64,000 nt of DNA from Candidatus Danuiimicrobium aquiferis (lineage in GTDB: Bacteria; Omnitrophota; Omnitrophia; Omnitrophales; Danuiimicrobiaceae). This document shows positions 45,443 through 55,302 of the stretch, piece by piece. Location of the stretch: positions 149,952 to 213,951 of the forward strand of contig MHFR01000037.1 in NCBI GenBank assembly GCA_001804285.1. The letters run 5' to 3'. Positions within the stretch are counted from its first letter, which is position 1. Each line of letters starts with the position of its first letter. The position numbers were made by a program, and so were the translations under genes. The notes under the pieces are model-generated. The model worked only from the letters and a program-made list of their open reading frames with translations, did no database searches and was not told where the DNA came from.

Positions 45443-46069
45443 TTATCGGCTTCCGGCCGCCAAAAATGAAGGGATGGTTATCAAGAGAAATGAGGTTTCT
45501 TTCATTTGCGAGTTATTGAACGAATACGGAAACTGCCCCTCGAAACACACATAATCCCCTTCTTTTACCACATACTCCTTTTTATCAAATTCAAGAATTA
45601 ACTTCCCGATAATAGACTGCGCAAAACAATGGCCTTTCGTTGCCAAAAGTTTCCGCTCAATTTTCGCTCCCGGTCTGAGGAGCACCTTGCCGACAAAATA
45701 ACCCGCTTCAATCGGTGTATAACAAATAATCCGGGCGCCGTTTTTCGGAAATTCAAGGACATGAACGCCTTTTTGATTACCGGTAAAAATGCGGTGGTCA
45801 CGCCCTTCTTCAATTTCAGAAAACAGGCTGGCAACAGAAATCCCTAAGGCTTGCGCAATCGAACACAGGAAACTAACGGAAGGATTCTTGACCCGGCCTT
45901 TCTCAATGGCATCCAAAGTTCCCGGCTGAATTCCGGCCGCTTTGGCTAAATCAATTTCTCTTAATTCTAAAGCGAGCCTTCTTCTTCGAATGACGTCTCC
46001 GGGATTAATGACAGAAGTTGCATGCACACGAGCCGGATGAGGTGTTTTAGATTGGATTTTTTTAGCCAT
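45443..46069 (-). CDS. XRE-family HTH transcriptional regulator with C-terminal cupin domain
   Basis: The N-terminal HTH is RLALELREIDLAKAAGIQPGTLDAIEKG...LCSIAQALGISVASLF. The C-terminal cupin-like beta segment is GHCFAQSIIGKLILEFD...EGDYVCF. An SD GGAGG lies upstream. Confidence 0.8.
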   Translation of the reverse strand: MAKKIQSKTPHPARVHATSVINPGDVIRRRRLALELREIDLAKAAGIQPGTLDAIEKGRVKNPSVSFLCSIAQALGISVASLFSEIEEGRDHRIFTGNQKGVHVLEFPKNGARIICYTPIEAGYFVGKVLLRPGAKIERKLLATKGHCFAQSIIGKLILEFDKKEYVVKEGDYVCFEGQFPYSFNNSQMKETSFLLITIPSFLAAGSR

Positions 46070-46151
46070 TCAATTCCTCCGCAAGAATCATAATATCTCC
46101 ATATTTCTTTTACAAATCACACCGAAGGGAAAAATCAAAAAATCTATTGTG

Positions 46152-46186
46152 AATAGTTTTATCTATTTACAATAGATAAAACTATT
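46152..46186. promoter_or_regulatory. Perfect 16-bp inverted repeat (candidate operator) upstream of the XRE/cupin regulator gene
   Basis: aatagttttatctatt-tac-aatagataaaactatt lies 83-117 bp upstream of the regulator start codon. Confidence 0.5.
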
Positions 46187-46243
46187 ATAACTATATCCTC
46201 AACAGATAAGAATTACAAGGCTTCCGCGTGTGGAATTGTCGTA

Positions 46244-46434
46244 TCTATTTAGCGTTTTGAAGTGGTGAACACGCCAGTTCGTGTCATGCCCGCATGCTTT
46301 CCCTCAGTAAAGCGAGGGCCGGCCCTATATTTCCAGGGAAGCGGGCACCCATAGTTGCTGGATTCCCTCTTTCGCGGGAATGACAAAGCATTAAAACCTT
46401 TACAGATAATAACTTCAAAACGCTAAACAAATAC
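46244..46434. repeat. MITE/REP-like palindromic element, full copy
   Basis: The TIRs are tatttagcgttttgaagtgg ... cttcaaaacgctaaacaaatac. The internal hairpins match the copy at 38591. Confidence 0.75.
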
Positions 46435-46467
46435 GAATTGTTGTTTATGGAACAACGTGTCTGATTA

Positions 46468-46572
46468 CCGCTTTGAAGAAATTAACAAATCCACCCTCAC
46501 CCCCGCCCTCTCCCTCGGGGAGAGGGTTAGGGTGAGGGGCAATAGTCAACTTCAGAACACCAAATAAAATAC
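46468..46572. repeat. Palindromic element variant (GC-rich hairpin type)
   Basis: gctttgaagaaattaacaaatcc, then ccctctccctcggggagagggttagggtgagggg, then ttcagaacaccaaataaa. It is homologous to 42027-42140. Confidence 0.7.
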
Positions 46573-46582
46573 CGTGCCTCAA

Positions 46583-48289
46583 TCAGTCCCGAAGCAATTC
46601 CTGAACCTTGCCCAAAACTTCGCTGATTGGAACGACGAGGCTTTCTTGCGAAGCACGTTTCTTAATTTCTATTACTCCTTTAACCAAATTTCTTTCACCT
46701 ACCACCACATGAAAAGGCGCTCCAACCAAGTCTGCGTCATTAAACTTCACACCGGCTCTTTCCTCACGGTCATCATAGAGACAGTCAATTCCGGCTTCGA
46801 TGAGTTTTGAATAAAGCTGATCAGCGGCTTCGCGTGTACCGTCATGGCTGTGATTGACTGTAAGCAGTTCTACTTGAAATGGCGCGACAGCAACGGGCCA
46901 TTTCATTCCCTTTGAGTCATTGTGCTGTTCAACAATCGCCGCCATGATTCGATTCACTCCCAAGCCATAGCATCCCATAATCACAAGTTTTTCCGCGCCC
47001 GAACTGTCTTTGTATTTAACATTCAAACATTCCGTATACCGCGTCCCGAGCTGAAAGACGTGCCCGACTTCCATCGCCGTAATGAGCAAAAGTTTATTTC
47101 CGCATTGCGCGCACAAATCCCCTTCCTGAACGAACCGGATATCTCCGGACTGGCTGTAATTAAAATCGCGCCCGACATTCACATGCTTCATATGTTTATC
47201 TTTTTGATTGGCACCCGTCACAAAATCCTGATCGAGCAACAGATCGGCATCAATGATAATCTTGACATCCCTAAGGCCGACCGGAGAAGCAAAACCAAGC
47301 GGAGCCCCTGTTACTTTTTCAATTTCTTTTGCGTTCGCAAGACACAGCTGTTTCGCGCCCAGCAAATTCCTGAGTTTCCCTTCATGCACTTCATGATCCC
47401 CCCGGACACAAGCAGCCACCGGATCACGGTCATTCATCATATAAATAATGGTTTTCATCAATTTCCGCGGCGCTATATGAAAATGTGTTGAAATATCATG
47501 AATTGTTTTCAGATTTGGCGTGTCAAAAATTTCAATTTTCGAACTCGTGGGCGGCGTTGTCTGTTTGGATAATTTTCTTGCCGCAATATCACGGCTCGTC
47601 ACCATCTTGCACGTTTCGCAAACCGCTAAATGATCTTCGCCATATTCTGAACGGACCATAAACTCATGAGAAACTTTTCCGCCCATAATTCCAGGATCAG
47701 CCGTAACAATATCGAAAGAAAGCCCGAGCCGCGTCAATATTTTTTGATACGCGTGATACATGTTCTGATAACTTTTTTTAAGGCCTTCTTCATCCGCGTC
47801 AAAACTATACGCATCTTTCATGATAAATTCTTTCGTCCGGATAATCCCGAATCGCGGCCGAAGCTCGTCTCGGAATTTGGTCTGAATTTGATAAAGCGTC
47901 TTCGGCAGCGCATGTTGCGTTTGAAGATAGGCGCCGGCAAGTTCCGTAATCACTTCCTCGTGCGTAGGGCCTAATACATATTCCGTCCCCGTCCGGTTCT
48001 TGAATGAAATTTTGTCCTCGCCCAGGGCATCGTAACGGCCGGTTTGTTTCCAAATCTCCGCCGGCTGAAGCGCCGGCAACAGAAGTTCAACCGCACCCGC
48101 ACTGTTCATTTCCTCGCGGATGATCCGGCAAATATTTTGAAGGACCCGAAAACCAAGCGGCAAATAGCTGTAAACGCCGGAAGAAAGCTTTCGAATATAG
48201 CCCGCTTTCAATAATAATTGATGACTTTTCGCTTCAGCTTCCTTGGGAATTTCGCGTAAAGTCGGTATTAAAATGGTTCCCCAACGCAT
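46583..48289 (-). CDS. proS: Prolyl-tRNA synthetase
   Basis: A 568-aa ORF with class II aaRS motifs and typical ProRS N-terminal sequence. It occupies the conserved position after rseP. Confidence 0.9.
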   Translation of the reverse strand: MRWGTILIPTLREIPKEAEAKSHQLLLKAGYIRKLSSGVYSYLPLGFRVLQNICRIIREEMNSAGAVELLLPALQPAEIWKQTGRYDALGEDKISFKNRTGTEYVLGPTHEEVITELAGAYLQTQHALPKTLYQIQTKFRDELRPRFGIIRTKEFIMKDAYSFDADEEGLKKSYQNMYHAYQKILTRLGLSFDIVTADPGIMGGKVSHEFMVRSEYGEDHLAVCETCKMVTSRDIAARKLSKQTTPPTSSKIEIFDTPNLKTIHDISTHFHIAPRKLMKTIIYMMNDRDPVAACVRGDHEVHEGKLRNLLGAKQLCLANAKEIEKVTGAPLGFASPVGLRDVKIIIDADLLLDQDFVTGANQKDKHMKHVNVGRDFNYSQSGDIRFVQEGDLCAQCGNKLLLITAMEVGHVFQLGTRYTECLNVKYKDSSGAEKLVIMGCYGLGVNRIMAAIVEQHNDSKGMKWPVAVAPFQVELLTVNHSHDGTREAADQLYSKLIEAGIDCLYDDREERAGVKFNDADLVGAPFHVVVGERNLVKGVIEIKKRASQESLVVPISEVLGKVQELLRD

Positions 48290-48325
48290 TTTTTTCTCTC
48301 CATATAAAAATTTTTATCAAAAAAT

Positions 48326-48390
48326 GTCATTCCCGAATGCTTTTATCGGGAATCTACAATTAATGGATTCCCGCTTTCGCGGGAATGACA
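48326..48390. repeat. Short two-hairpin copy of the palindromic repeat family
   Basis: gtcattcccgaatgcttttatcgggaatcta ... ggattcccgctttcgcgggaatgaca. Confidence 0.7.
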
Positions 48391-48400
48391 TCACATACCC

Positions 48401-49534
48401 TTATGACGGTTTCAGCATCATGAATAAGTGTTTAAGCTTCTCTACCACCCCGACATTGATCAGATCATTATAAAAAACTACCACCATGAGCACCATCAAC
48501 AGATAAAACCCGTAGGTCGTAATCCGTTCCTGGACCGGAATGCTGACCGGTCGACGGAAAATCCATTCGATCAGAAGAAAAACCAAGTGCCCTCCGTCAA
48601 GCGCCGGGATCGGCAGCAAATTAATGACCGCAAGCGAAATACTCAGAAGCGCGGTAAATTGCAAAACCGCATCTACTCCCAGCTTCACCACATCGCCGGC
48701 CATTTTGACAATGACAATCGGGCCGCTCAGGGATTTGATCGACATTCGCCCCGTAAATAGCCGAAAGAGCGCTTCATAAGTCAGCCCTGCCAAATTCGCC
48801 GTTATTCTTGCCGCTTCAATCGTTGCCTGTGGAAATTTTAATTTCTCAATCGCAACACTTTCCGAAGACGGCAGAATCCCGACACGCGGCATCTGCTTCT
48901 TCGTTCCGAACATATCCGGCGCCTGTTCGTAAATGGGTTCAACCATAATGGTTTTGATTTCTTCGCTGCGGCGCACGGAAAATTCGATTTGCTTGGTATT
49001 AATTTTCGAAAGCTGAAAAGTCAAATCCTGCCAGTCCTTCACGGATTTGCCGTTCAACCGGGTCACCACATCGCCGAGCATTAATCCGCTTTTTTGCGCA
49101 GGATATCCATCGATCATTTTTCCGATTTTTGCCGAGGTAATCGACCTCCCCATACAAAGAACCATAACAAAAATCAGATAAGCGAATAAATAATTCATCG
49201 CGACACCCGAGACAACGATAAAAATCCTCCGCCAAACGATCGCGCTTAAATAATCTCCTTCTACTTCACCTTTTCCTCGAGTTTTAACATCTTCTTCCGT
49301 CTCTCCCTGAGGTTTAACAAAGCCGCCGATTGGAATAAGTGAAAGAGAATAACGGGTTCGCTTTCCCTGGAATGAGAAAAGCTCGGGCCCGAATCCGATC
49401 GAAAATTTCTGGACTCCGACACCCGACAACCGGCAGGCAATAAAATGCCCCAACTCATGGATCGCAATTAAAACGCCCAAAATCAATAAGGTCGGAACGA
49501 TTTGTAAAAGAAAATGAATCAACCAACTTAACAT
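48401..49534 (-). CDS. rseP: RIP site-2 metalloprotease RseP (zinc, with PDZ domain)
   Basis: HELGHF zinc motif in TM1 and a PDZ segment. The LDG motif region (IPALDGGH) is present. The start is probably the internal Met near 49534, because the 49561 start overlaps dxr by 34 nt. Confidence 0.85.
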   Translation of the reverse strand: MLSWLIHFLLQIVPTLLILGVLIAIHELGHFIACRLSGVGVQKFSIGFGPELFSFQGKRTRYSLSLIPIGGFVKPQGETEEDVKTRGKGEVEGDYLSAIVWRRIFIVVSGVAMNYLFAYLIFVMVLCMGRSITSAKIGKMIDGYPAQKSGLMLGDVVTRLNGKSVKDWQDLTFQLSKINTKQIEFSVRRSEEIKTIMVEPIYEQAPDMFGTKKQMPRVGILPSSESVAIEKLKFPQATIEAARITANLAGLTYEALFRLFTGRMSIKSLSGPIVIVKMAGDVVKLGVDAVLQFTALLSISLAVINLLPIPALDGGHLVFLLIEWIFRRPVSIPVQERITTYGFYLLMVLMVVVFYNDLINVGVVEKLKHLFMMLKPS

Positions 49535-50670
49535 AACGCCTCTGCTTTCTCGCGAGCCCAATGATCAATGCACAGAATTTCGTCAAGCGACGAATGTGCC
49601 ACGCAACGGTGTTTGGCCATCACGCCTTCAATAATCTTGGGGATCACATCAAATGAAATCCGTTCGTTTAAAAACCACTGAACCGCCACTTCGTTTGCCG
49701 CATTTAAAACTATCGGCATTGTCCCGCCTTTCCGAATAGCTTCATAGCCCAGCCGGAGGCACGGAAATTTCTTTAGATCCGGTTTGTAAAAATGAAACGG
49801 TCCGGTGTTTGCCAAATCAAGCGACGGTAATAAATTCTGAAGCCGTTCCGGATAACTCATTGCATACTGGATCGGAAGGCGCATATCCGGTATCCCAAGC
49901 TGAGCAAGCTGTGCGCCGTCAACAAATTCAATCATGGCATGAATCATCGCTTCGGGATGAATAAGCACTTCAATCCGGTCCGGTGAAACACCGAAAAGAT
50001 GTGCAGCTTCAATCACTTCGAGCCCTTTATTCATCATGGTAGCAGAATCAATTGTAATTTTGGGCCCCATTTTCCATTTCGGATGTTCAAGCGCTTTTTG
50101 CTTAGTCACTTTCCGAAAATCAACTTTTTTCCCAAAAAATGGCCCGCCGGATGCGGTTAAAATTAATTTCCGGACCGTTTTCGCGTCGCGTCCCTGCAAA
50201 CACTGCCAAAGCCCCGAGTGTTCACTATCAATAGGAAGAACGGTCGCGCCGGATTTTTTCGCTTCTGCCATCAACAATCCACCCGCCATCACCAGCGGCT
50301 CTTTATTTGCAATCGCGACACGTTTTCCCGCCGAAACAGCTGCGAGCATCGGTTTTAATCCGACGGCACCGACTATAGAAAAGATGACCTGGTCAGCGCC
50401 CCGAAACGTGCTCGCTTCAATCAAGCCGCTTTCGCCCGTCACAACGCGGATATGAAGCGGCTTCAGTTTTCGCTCAAGCTCGAAAACAGTTTCATTTTCA
50501 AATAAACAAACGAGTTTCGGCCTGTATTTTTTCGCCTGTTCAAAAAGGAGTTCCGTATTTCGCCGCGCCGCAAGCACCGCTACTTTAAATTCTTTCGGGT
50601 GTTCATCAATCACACGAAGCGCATTCACTCCGATAGAACCTGTTGAACCCAATATCGCGATTTGTTTCAT
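49528..50670 (-). CDS. dxr: 1-deoxy-D-xylulose-5-phosphate reductoisomerase
   Basis: A 380-aa ORF with the NADPH-binding N-terminus KQIAILGSTGSIG. Confidence 0.9.
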   Translation of the reverse strand: MKQIAILGSTGSIGVNALRVIDEHPKEFKVAVLAARRNTELLFEQAKKYRPKLVCLFENETVFELERKLKPLHIRVVTGESGLIEASTFRGADQVIFSIVGAVGLKPMLAAVSAGKRVAIANKEPLVMAGGLLMAEAKKSGATVLPIDSEHSGLWQCLQGRDAKTVRKLILTASGGPFFGKKVDFRKVTKQKALEHPKWKMGPKITIDSATMMNKGLEVIEAAHLFGVSPDRIEVLIHPEAMIHAMIEFVDGAQLAQLGIPDMRLPIQYAMSYPERLQNLLPSLDLANTGPFHFYKPDLKKFPCLRLGYEAIRKGGTMPIVLNAANEVAVQWFLNERISFDVIPKIIEGVMAKHRCVAHSSLDEILCIDHWAREKAEALC

Positions 50671-50671
50671 T

Positions 50672-51490
50672 TTATTTCACGGCAGAAAGGTCTAAAATAA
50701 CCGTTAGGTAATAATATAAAACGGGAATGGTGAGTAACAGACTATCAATCACGTCCAATATTCCGCCGAGCCCGGGAATAATTCCCGAATCCTTGATGTT
50801 CGCGTCACGCTTCAAGAGGCTTTCCGCCAAATCTCCAAACTGGCCCAAAATTCCAAGAACAAATCCTAAAATGGCCAAATCCATAAAATGGATTTCGGGT
50901 AAATAAAATTTTGCCGTCAAAGAACAAAGCATCGTCATCACAAAACCGGCAATCGCCCCTTCAATTGATTTGTTCGGGCTGATATGAACGATATATTTAT
51001 GGACTCCGTACTTCCGGCCGACAAAAAAAGCGGCCGCATCGCCCATTTTCAGCATAAACAGCAAGTAAAATATCCACCATGAACCGTCGGGAAGTGACCG
51101 AATCTGACTGATAAATGAGAAAAACCATCCCACATAAATAATTCCAAACAATGTCACGGCCGTGCTGACAAGCGCGTTCTCGCGGAGTTTTCGATGAAAA
51201 TTAAAAATAAAAATACAAAGTACGGCTATCGTCAGAATCATCGTTTTTGTCGGAAGGGTCATCGGAAGCGAAAGCAGCGCCGCAAAAAAGACCCCCAGAT
51301 ACCGGTTGATCACAAGGCCTTTCCGTTCGGCTAAATTGAAATATTCAAGAAGCCCGATAACGATAATGACTTCCGTAACGGCCAAAAAAATCAAAGTGGA
51401 GGCGTAAAAAATCGCATACGAAGTAGCAATGATGATGAAAAGGGATGAGATGAGTCTTTTTTCAAGTTGCGTCATTTTTTCGAAAATCAT
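50672..51490 (-). CDS. cdsA: Phosphatidate cytidylyltransferase
   Basis: A 272-aa polytopic protein with the C-terminal signature KRDANIKDSGIIPGLGGILDVIDSLL. Confidence 0.85.
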   Translation of the reverse strand: MIFEKMTQLEKRLISSLFIIIATSYAIFYASTLIFLAVTEVIIVIGLLEYFNLAERKGLVINRYLGVFFAALLSLPMTLPTKTMILTIAVLCIFIFNFHRKLRENALVSTAVTLFGIIYVGWFFSFISQIRSLPDGSWWIFYLLFMLKMGDAAAFFVGRKYGVHKYIVHISPNKSIEGAIAGFVMTMLCSLTAKFYLPEIHFMDLAILGFVLGILGQFGDLAESLLKRDANIKDSGIIPGLGGILDVIDSLLLTIPVLYYYLTVILDLSAVK

Positions 51491-52227
51491 ACCGATTTAC
51501 ACCGTTCCGTCCGCCCGAACCGTCGCTCACGCCGCTGATAATCTTTTAACGCTTCGAGAAAATCTTCCTTTGTGAAATCTGGCCAAAATTTCGGACTGAC
51601 ATAAATTTCCGCATATGAAATCTGCCATAGAAGAAAATTGCTGACACGCATTTCTCCACTCGTACGAATCAATAGATCCGGATCGGGCAGATTCGCTGTA
51701 TAAAGCGCGCGGGAAACGCAATCCTCATTGATCTCGCTGTAATTTAATTCATTCCGGACAACTTTTTCACACAATTTCTTGATCGCATCGATCATTTCCA
51801 CACGGCTGGAATAACTTAACGCAAGCGTCAAAAGCAATCCCGGTTCATTTTTTGTGTCCTCAACCGTCTTCCGTATTTTCTCTTGAATTTGACCGGGGAG
51901 ATCTTCGATTCTTCCGATGACATTAAAACGAACTCGATTTTTTCGCAATTCCTTAATTTCTAAATCTAAATATTGCGATAATAGATTCATCAAAAAACCG
52001 ACTTCATCTTTTGGCCGATTCCAATTTTCTTTTGAAAAAGCATAAAGTGTTAAATATCGGACCCCCTGATCGCTTGCCGTCCGGACAATCTCGCGGATCG
52101 TATCGACACCTTTTTGATGCCCCATGATACGGGGCATCCCGCGCTGTTTGGCCCAGCGGCCGTTGCCGTCCATAATGATCGCAACATGTTTCGGAATCTC
52201 GTTTAAAATTTCCCGGTCATTTCCCAT
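51487..52227 (-). CDS. uppS: Undecaprenyl-diphosphate synthase (cis-prenyltransferase)
   Basis: HVAIIMDGNGRWA motif, with a 4-nt ATGA overlap with cdsA. Confidence 0.9.
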   Translation of the reverse strand: MGNDREILNEIPKHVAIIMDGNGRWAKQRGMPRIMGHQKGVDTIREIVRTASDQGVRYLTLYAFSKENWNRPKDEVGFLMNLLSQYLDLEIKELRKNRVRFNVIGRIEDLPGQIQEKIRKTVEDTKNEPGLLLTLALSYSSRVEMIDAIKKLCEKVVRNELNYSEINEDCVSRALYTANLPDPDLLIRTSGEMRVSNFLLWQISYAEIYVSPKFWPDFTKEDFLEALKDYQRRERRFGRTERCKSV

Positions 52228-53518
52228 CGATAAATATGGTTTGTAAACGTTCGGATCCTATGGAAACGATTGAAATCCGTGTTTCAAGCATATCTTCAAG
52301 GCGTGTCAAATATGATTTCGCTTTTGCGGGCAATTTCTTCCATTCTCGAATGTGCGATGTTTGTTCGAGCCAGCCGGGACACTCAACATACACCGGCTTC
52401 GCATGCGCGAGGACCTCTTGATCCGCCGGAAAATTTCGAAATTGTTTTCCTTTATATTGATATGCCACACAAATTTTTATGGTCGGAAGCGTATCTAACA
52501 CATCAAGTTTCGTCACAGCCATTTTGCTCAAGCCATTCACCAACACGGAATGTTTCACTAAAAGCGCATCAAACCAGCCGCAACGGCGAGGGCGTCCCGT
52601 CGTCGCCCCGAATTCCTCACCCAGCTCACGGACCATCGCCATTAAAGCCGGCGGAAATTCCGTCGGAAAAGGCCCTTCGCCGACGCGTGTCGTATACGCC
52701 TTTACAACACCGATCACTTCCTCAATATGGGCCGGACTCAAGCCCGTCCCGGTAATGGCTCCTCCGGCGGACGCGTTCGAAGATGTCACATACGGATAAG
52801 TCCCATGGTCAACATCAAGATGCGTTCCCTGCGCGCCTTCAAAAAGAATCCTCTTTTTTGCGCGATGCGCTTCGGCAAGTAACAGTTCGGTACTGCAGAC
52901 AAACGGCGATAGACGATCGCGATAATGCGTATATTCTCTATGAATTTTCGAAAAAGAAAATGGCTGATGCCGATAAACCGCTTGGAGGATATGGTTCTGC
53001 TCTTTTAATACATAAGTAAGCCGGTCTCGAAACACTTTCGGATTCATCAAATCCGCAACGCGAATGCCTAAACGATCCGCTTTATCCGCATAACAAGGGC
53101 CTATTCCGCGTTTCGTCGTCCCGATTTTTCCGCTTCCTTTCTGCCCTTCCCTCAACTGATCCAGCAAACGGTGATACGGAAAAATTAAATGTGCGCGGTC
53201 ACTCACAAACAACCGGTTCTTAACGAAAACATTGCTCTCCCGCAATATTTCAATCTCATGAAAAAATGCTTCAAGATCAATCACCACCCCATTTCCGATC
53301 ACGCATTTCTTACCGGGATGTAGGATTCCGGAAGGAAGCAGATGAAGAATAAATTTTTTATCACCGTAACGCACCGTATGGCCGGCATTATTTCCGCCCT
53401 GATAACGGACAATGATATCGCTATTTTCCGTTAGTAAATCAATGATCTTCCCTTTTCCTTCATCACCCCATTGAGCGCCAACGAGAATCGTTGTCCGTTT
53501 CATGATGTTTTTAGGCAT
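52217..53518 (-). CDS. purA: Adenylosuccinate synthetase
   Basis: P-loop GAQWGDEGKGK with GGNNAGHT. A 433-aa ORF. Confidence 0.9.
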   Translation of the reverse strand: MPKNIMKRTTILVGAQWGDEGKGKIIDLLTENSDIIVRYQGGNNAGHTVRYGDKKFILHLLPSGILHPGKKCVIGNGVVIDLEAFFHEIEILRESNVFVKNRLFVSDRAHLIFPYHRLLDQLREGQKGSGKIGTTKRGIGPCYADKADRLGIRVADLMNPKVFRDRLTYVLKEQNHILQAVYRHQPFSFSKIHREYTHYRDRLSPFVCSTELLLAEAHRAKKRILFEGAQGTHLDVDHGTYPYVTSSNASAGGAITGTGLSPAHIEEVIGVVKAYTTRVGEGPFPTEFPPALMAMVRELGEEFGATTGRPRRCGWFDALLVKHSVLVNGLSKMAVTKLDVLDTLPTIKICVAYQYKGKQFRNFPADQEVLAHAKPVYVECPGWLEQTSHIREWKKLPAKAKSYLTRLEDMLETRISIVSIGSERLQTIFIDGK

Positions 53519-53646
53519 GAAAAACGTCCTTTGTGTAATTTATGTTTCAATTTAAATTTCAGTTCATTCTATGATCTTTTTCTAATCAAATCCGGACACA
53601 AACAACTCACGCCCGATTAAACCTTCAACCGGCCGTTCGTCTCTAA

Positions 53647-55260
53647 TTAAAAATGAATCACTTTCGCATCTATAATTGGAGGAACCGCTTTGAGTTCATC
53701 CAAAACAGCGGCGGGAATATCCTGATCGGTGTTAATGACAGTCATTGCGTATGCCTTGCCTTTTTTTTCTACGCGTCCCAATGTCATTTCGGCAATATTA
53801 ATTTTATTCTTACCGAGCACACTTCCAATCGTCCCCACGACACCCGGGAGATCTTCGTTATGAATGGAGAGCACCACGCCTCTCGGAATCATTTCAAGAA
53901 AAAACTCGTTAATCCGGACAATTCGGGGTTCGCGTTTTCCAAAAAGCGTTCCCATGACCGAATTCGTTTGCCCGTCCATTTTCACTTCCACCGTAATAAA
54001 TGAGGAGAAGTCTTCAACTTGCGTTGTTTTGCTCTCACTAACAGCAATCCCACGCTCTTTTGCAATCGCCGGCGCATTCACAAAATTAACAATTCCGTCA
54101 CAAACTTTTTCGAGCAGTCCCTTGAGAACCGCGATCGTCAGTGGCGCCATATTATAATTCGTAATCTCACCGCCATAACGAATGCTCACTTCTTGGAAAC
54201 GCCCGCCGAAAAGCTGCGCCTGCATGAGGCCAAGACACTCAGCCAAACGAATCCATGGTTTAAGGACTCGGAGTGTTTCCTGGTCAACTGAAGGCATATT
54301 CACGGCATTGCGAATTCCGCGTTCTAAAAGCGCATCCGCAACCTGCTGAGCAACTGCAATCGCAACATTTTCCTGCGCTTCTTCGGTAGAGGCCCCAAGA
54401 TGAGGAGTCGCGATAACGTGATCAAGTACCAAGAGAGGATTATTCTCGGGCGGCTCTTTTGCAAACACGTCTAAGGCCGCACCTTTGACTTGTCCCGATT
54501 GAATCGCATCACAAAGCGCTTGTTCATCGACCAGCCCGCCGCGTGCGCAATTGATAATCGAAACGCCTTTTTTCATTTTGGCAATCGATCCGGCATTAAT
54601 GATATTTTTCGTGTCATCATTTTTGGGAACATGCAAAGTAATAAAATCTGCCTGACGGAACACCGTGTCTAAATCAACAACTTCAATCCCGAGCTGCCCG
54701 ACATTTTCCGCTGAAATATAAGGGTCATACCCAATCACGCGCATTCCGAATGCAATCGCACGTTTCGCCACTTCCCGTCCGATTCGTCCCAATCCAATAA
54801 CACCCAATGTTTTCTCATTGAGTTCCGTTCCCATAAATTGGGCCCGCTTCCATTCGCCTTTGTGAATACTTTCATTGGCTTGCGCAATGTTTCTCGCAAG
54901 CGCCATCAACATTGAAAACGAATGTTCCGCTGTTGAAATCGTATTTCCGTCCGGCGTATTCATCACCACAATTCCCTGCTTTGTCGCTGTAGGCATATCC
55001 ACATTATCAACACCCACCCCTGCGCGCCCGACCAAAGTCAAACGCTTGGCAGCTTCAAGAATATCCTTCGTCATCTGAGTTCCGGAGCGAATCACAATCG
55101 CATCGTACTCGCCGATAATCGCTTTTAATTCTTCCGGCTTAAGACCCGGCTTATTATCCACCTGGAATTCCGGTTCTTTCTTGAGAATGTTTAAACCGCC
55201 TTCGCCAAGTTTATCACTGACTAAAATTTTAAATTGCTTCTTCTCGGTCATAGTCGTCAT
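53647..55260 (-). CDS. serA: D-3-phosphoglycerate dehydrogenase with C-terminal ACT domain
   Basis: The 2-hydroxyacid dehydrogenase fold (GxGxxG GVIGLGRIG) and a C-terminal ACT segment. I corrected the start to Met MTTMTEKKQFKIL at 55260, because the track's 55437 start translates through a repeat element. Confidence 0.85.
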   Translation of the reverse strand: MTTMTEKKQFKILVSDKLGEGGLNILKKEPEFQVDNKPGLKPEELKAIIGEYDAIVIRSGTQMTKDILEAAKRLTLVGRAGVGVDNVDMPTATKQGIVVMNTPDGNTISTAEHSFSMLMALARNIAQANESIHKGEWKRAQFMGTELNEKTLGVIGLGRIGREVAKRAIAFGMRVIGYDPYISAENVGQLGIEVVDLDTVFRQADFITLHVPKNDDTKNIINAGSIAKMKKGVSIINCARGGLVDEQALCDAIQSGQVKGAALDVFAKEPPENNPLLVLDHVIATPHLGASTEEAQENVAIAVAQQVADALLERGIRNAVNMPSVDQETLRVLKPWIRLAECLGLMQAQLFGGRFQEVSIRYGGEITNYNMAPLTIAVLKGLLEKVCDGIVNFVNAPAIAKERGIAVSESKTTQVEDFSSFITVEVKMDGQTNSVMGTLFGKREPRIVRINEFFLEMIPRGVVLSIHNEDLPGVVGTIGSVLGKNKINIAEMTLGRVEKKGKAYAMTVINTDQDIPAAVLDELKAVPPIIDAKVIHF

Positions 55261-55302
55261 GGTTTCACACCTTCCTTTTTTACTCAACCTGACCGGTTTT
55301 TT

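Noticed and set aside
53653-55078. Plus-strand ORFs inside serA (53653-54003, 53864-54157, 54019-54291 and 54875-55078) and similar antisense ORFs inside proS, purA, dxr and the RND genes.
   Set aside because: They are antisense to well-supported conserved genes and have no RBS or conservation signals.
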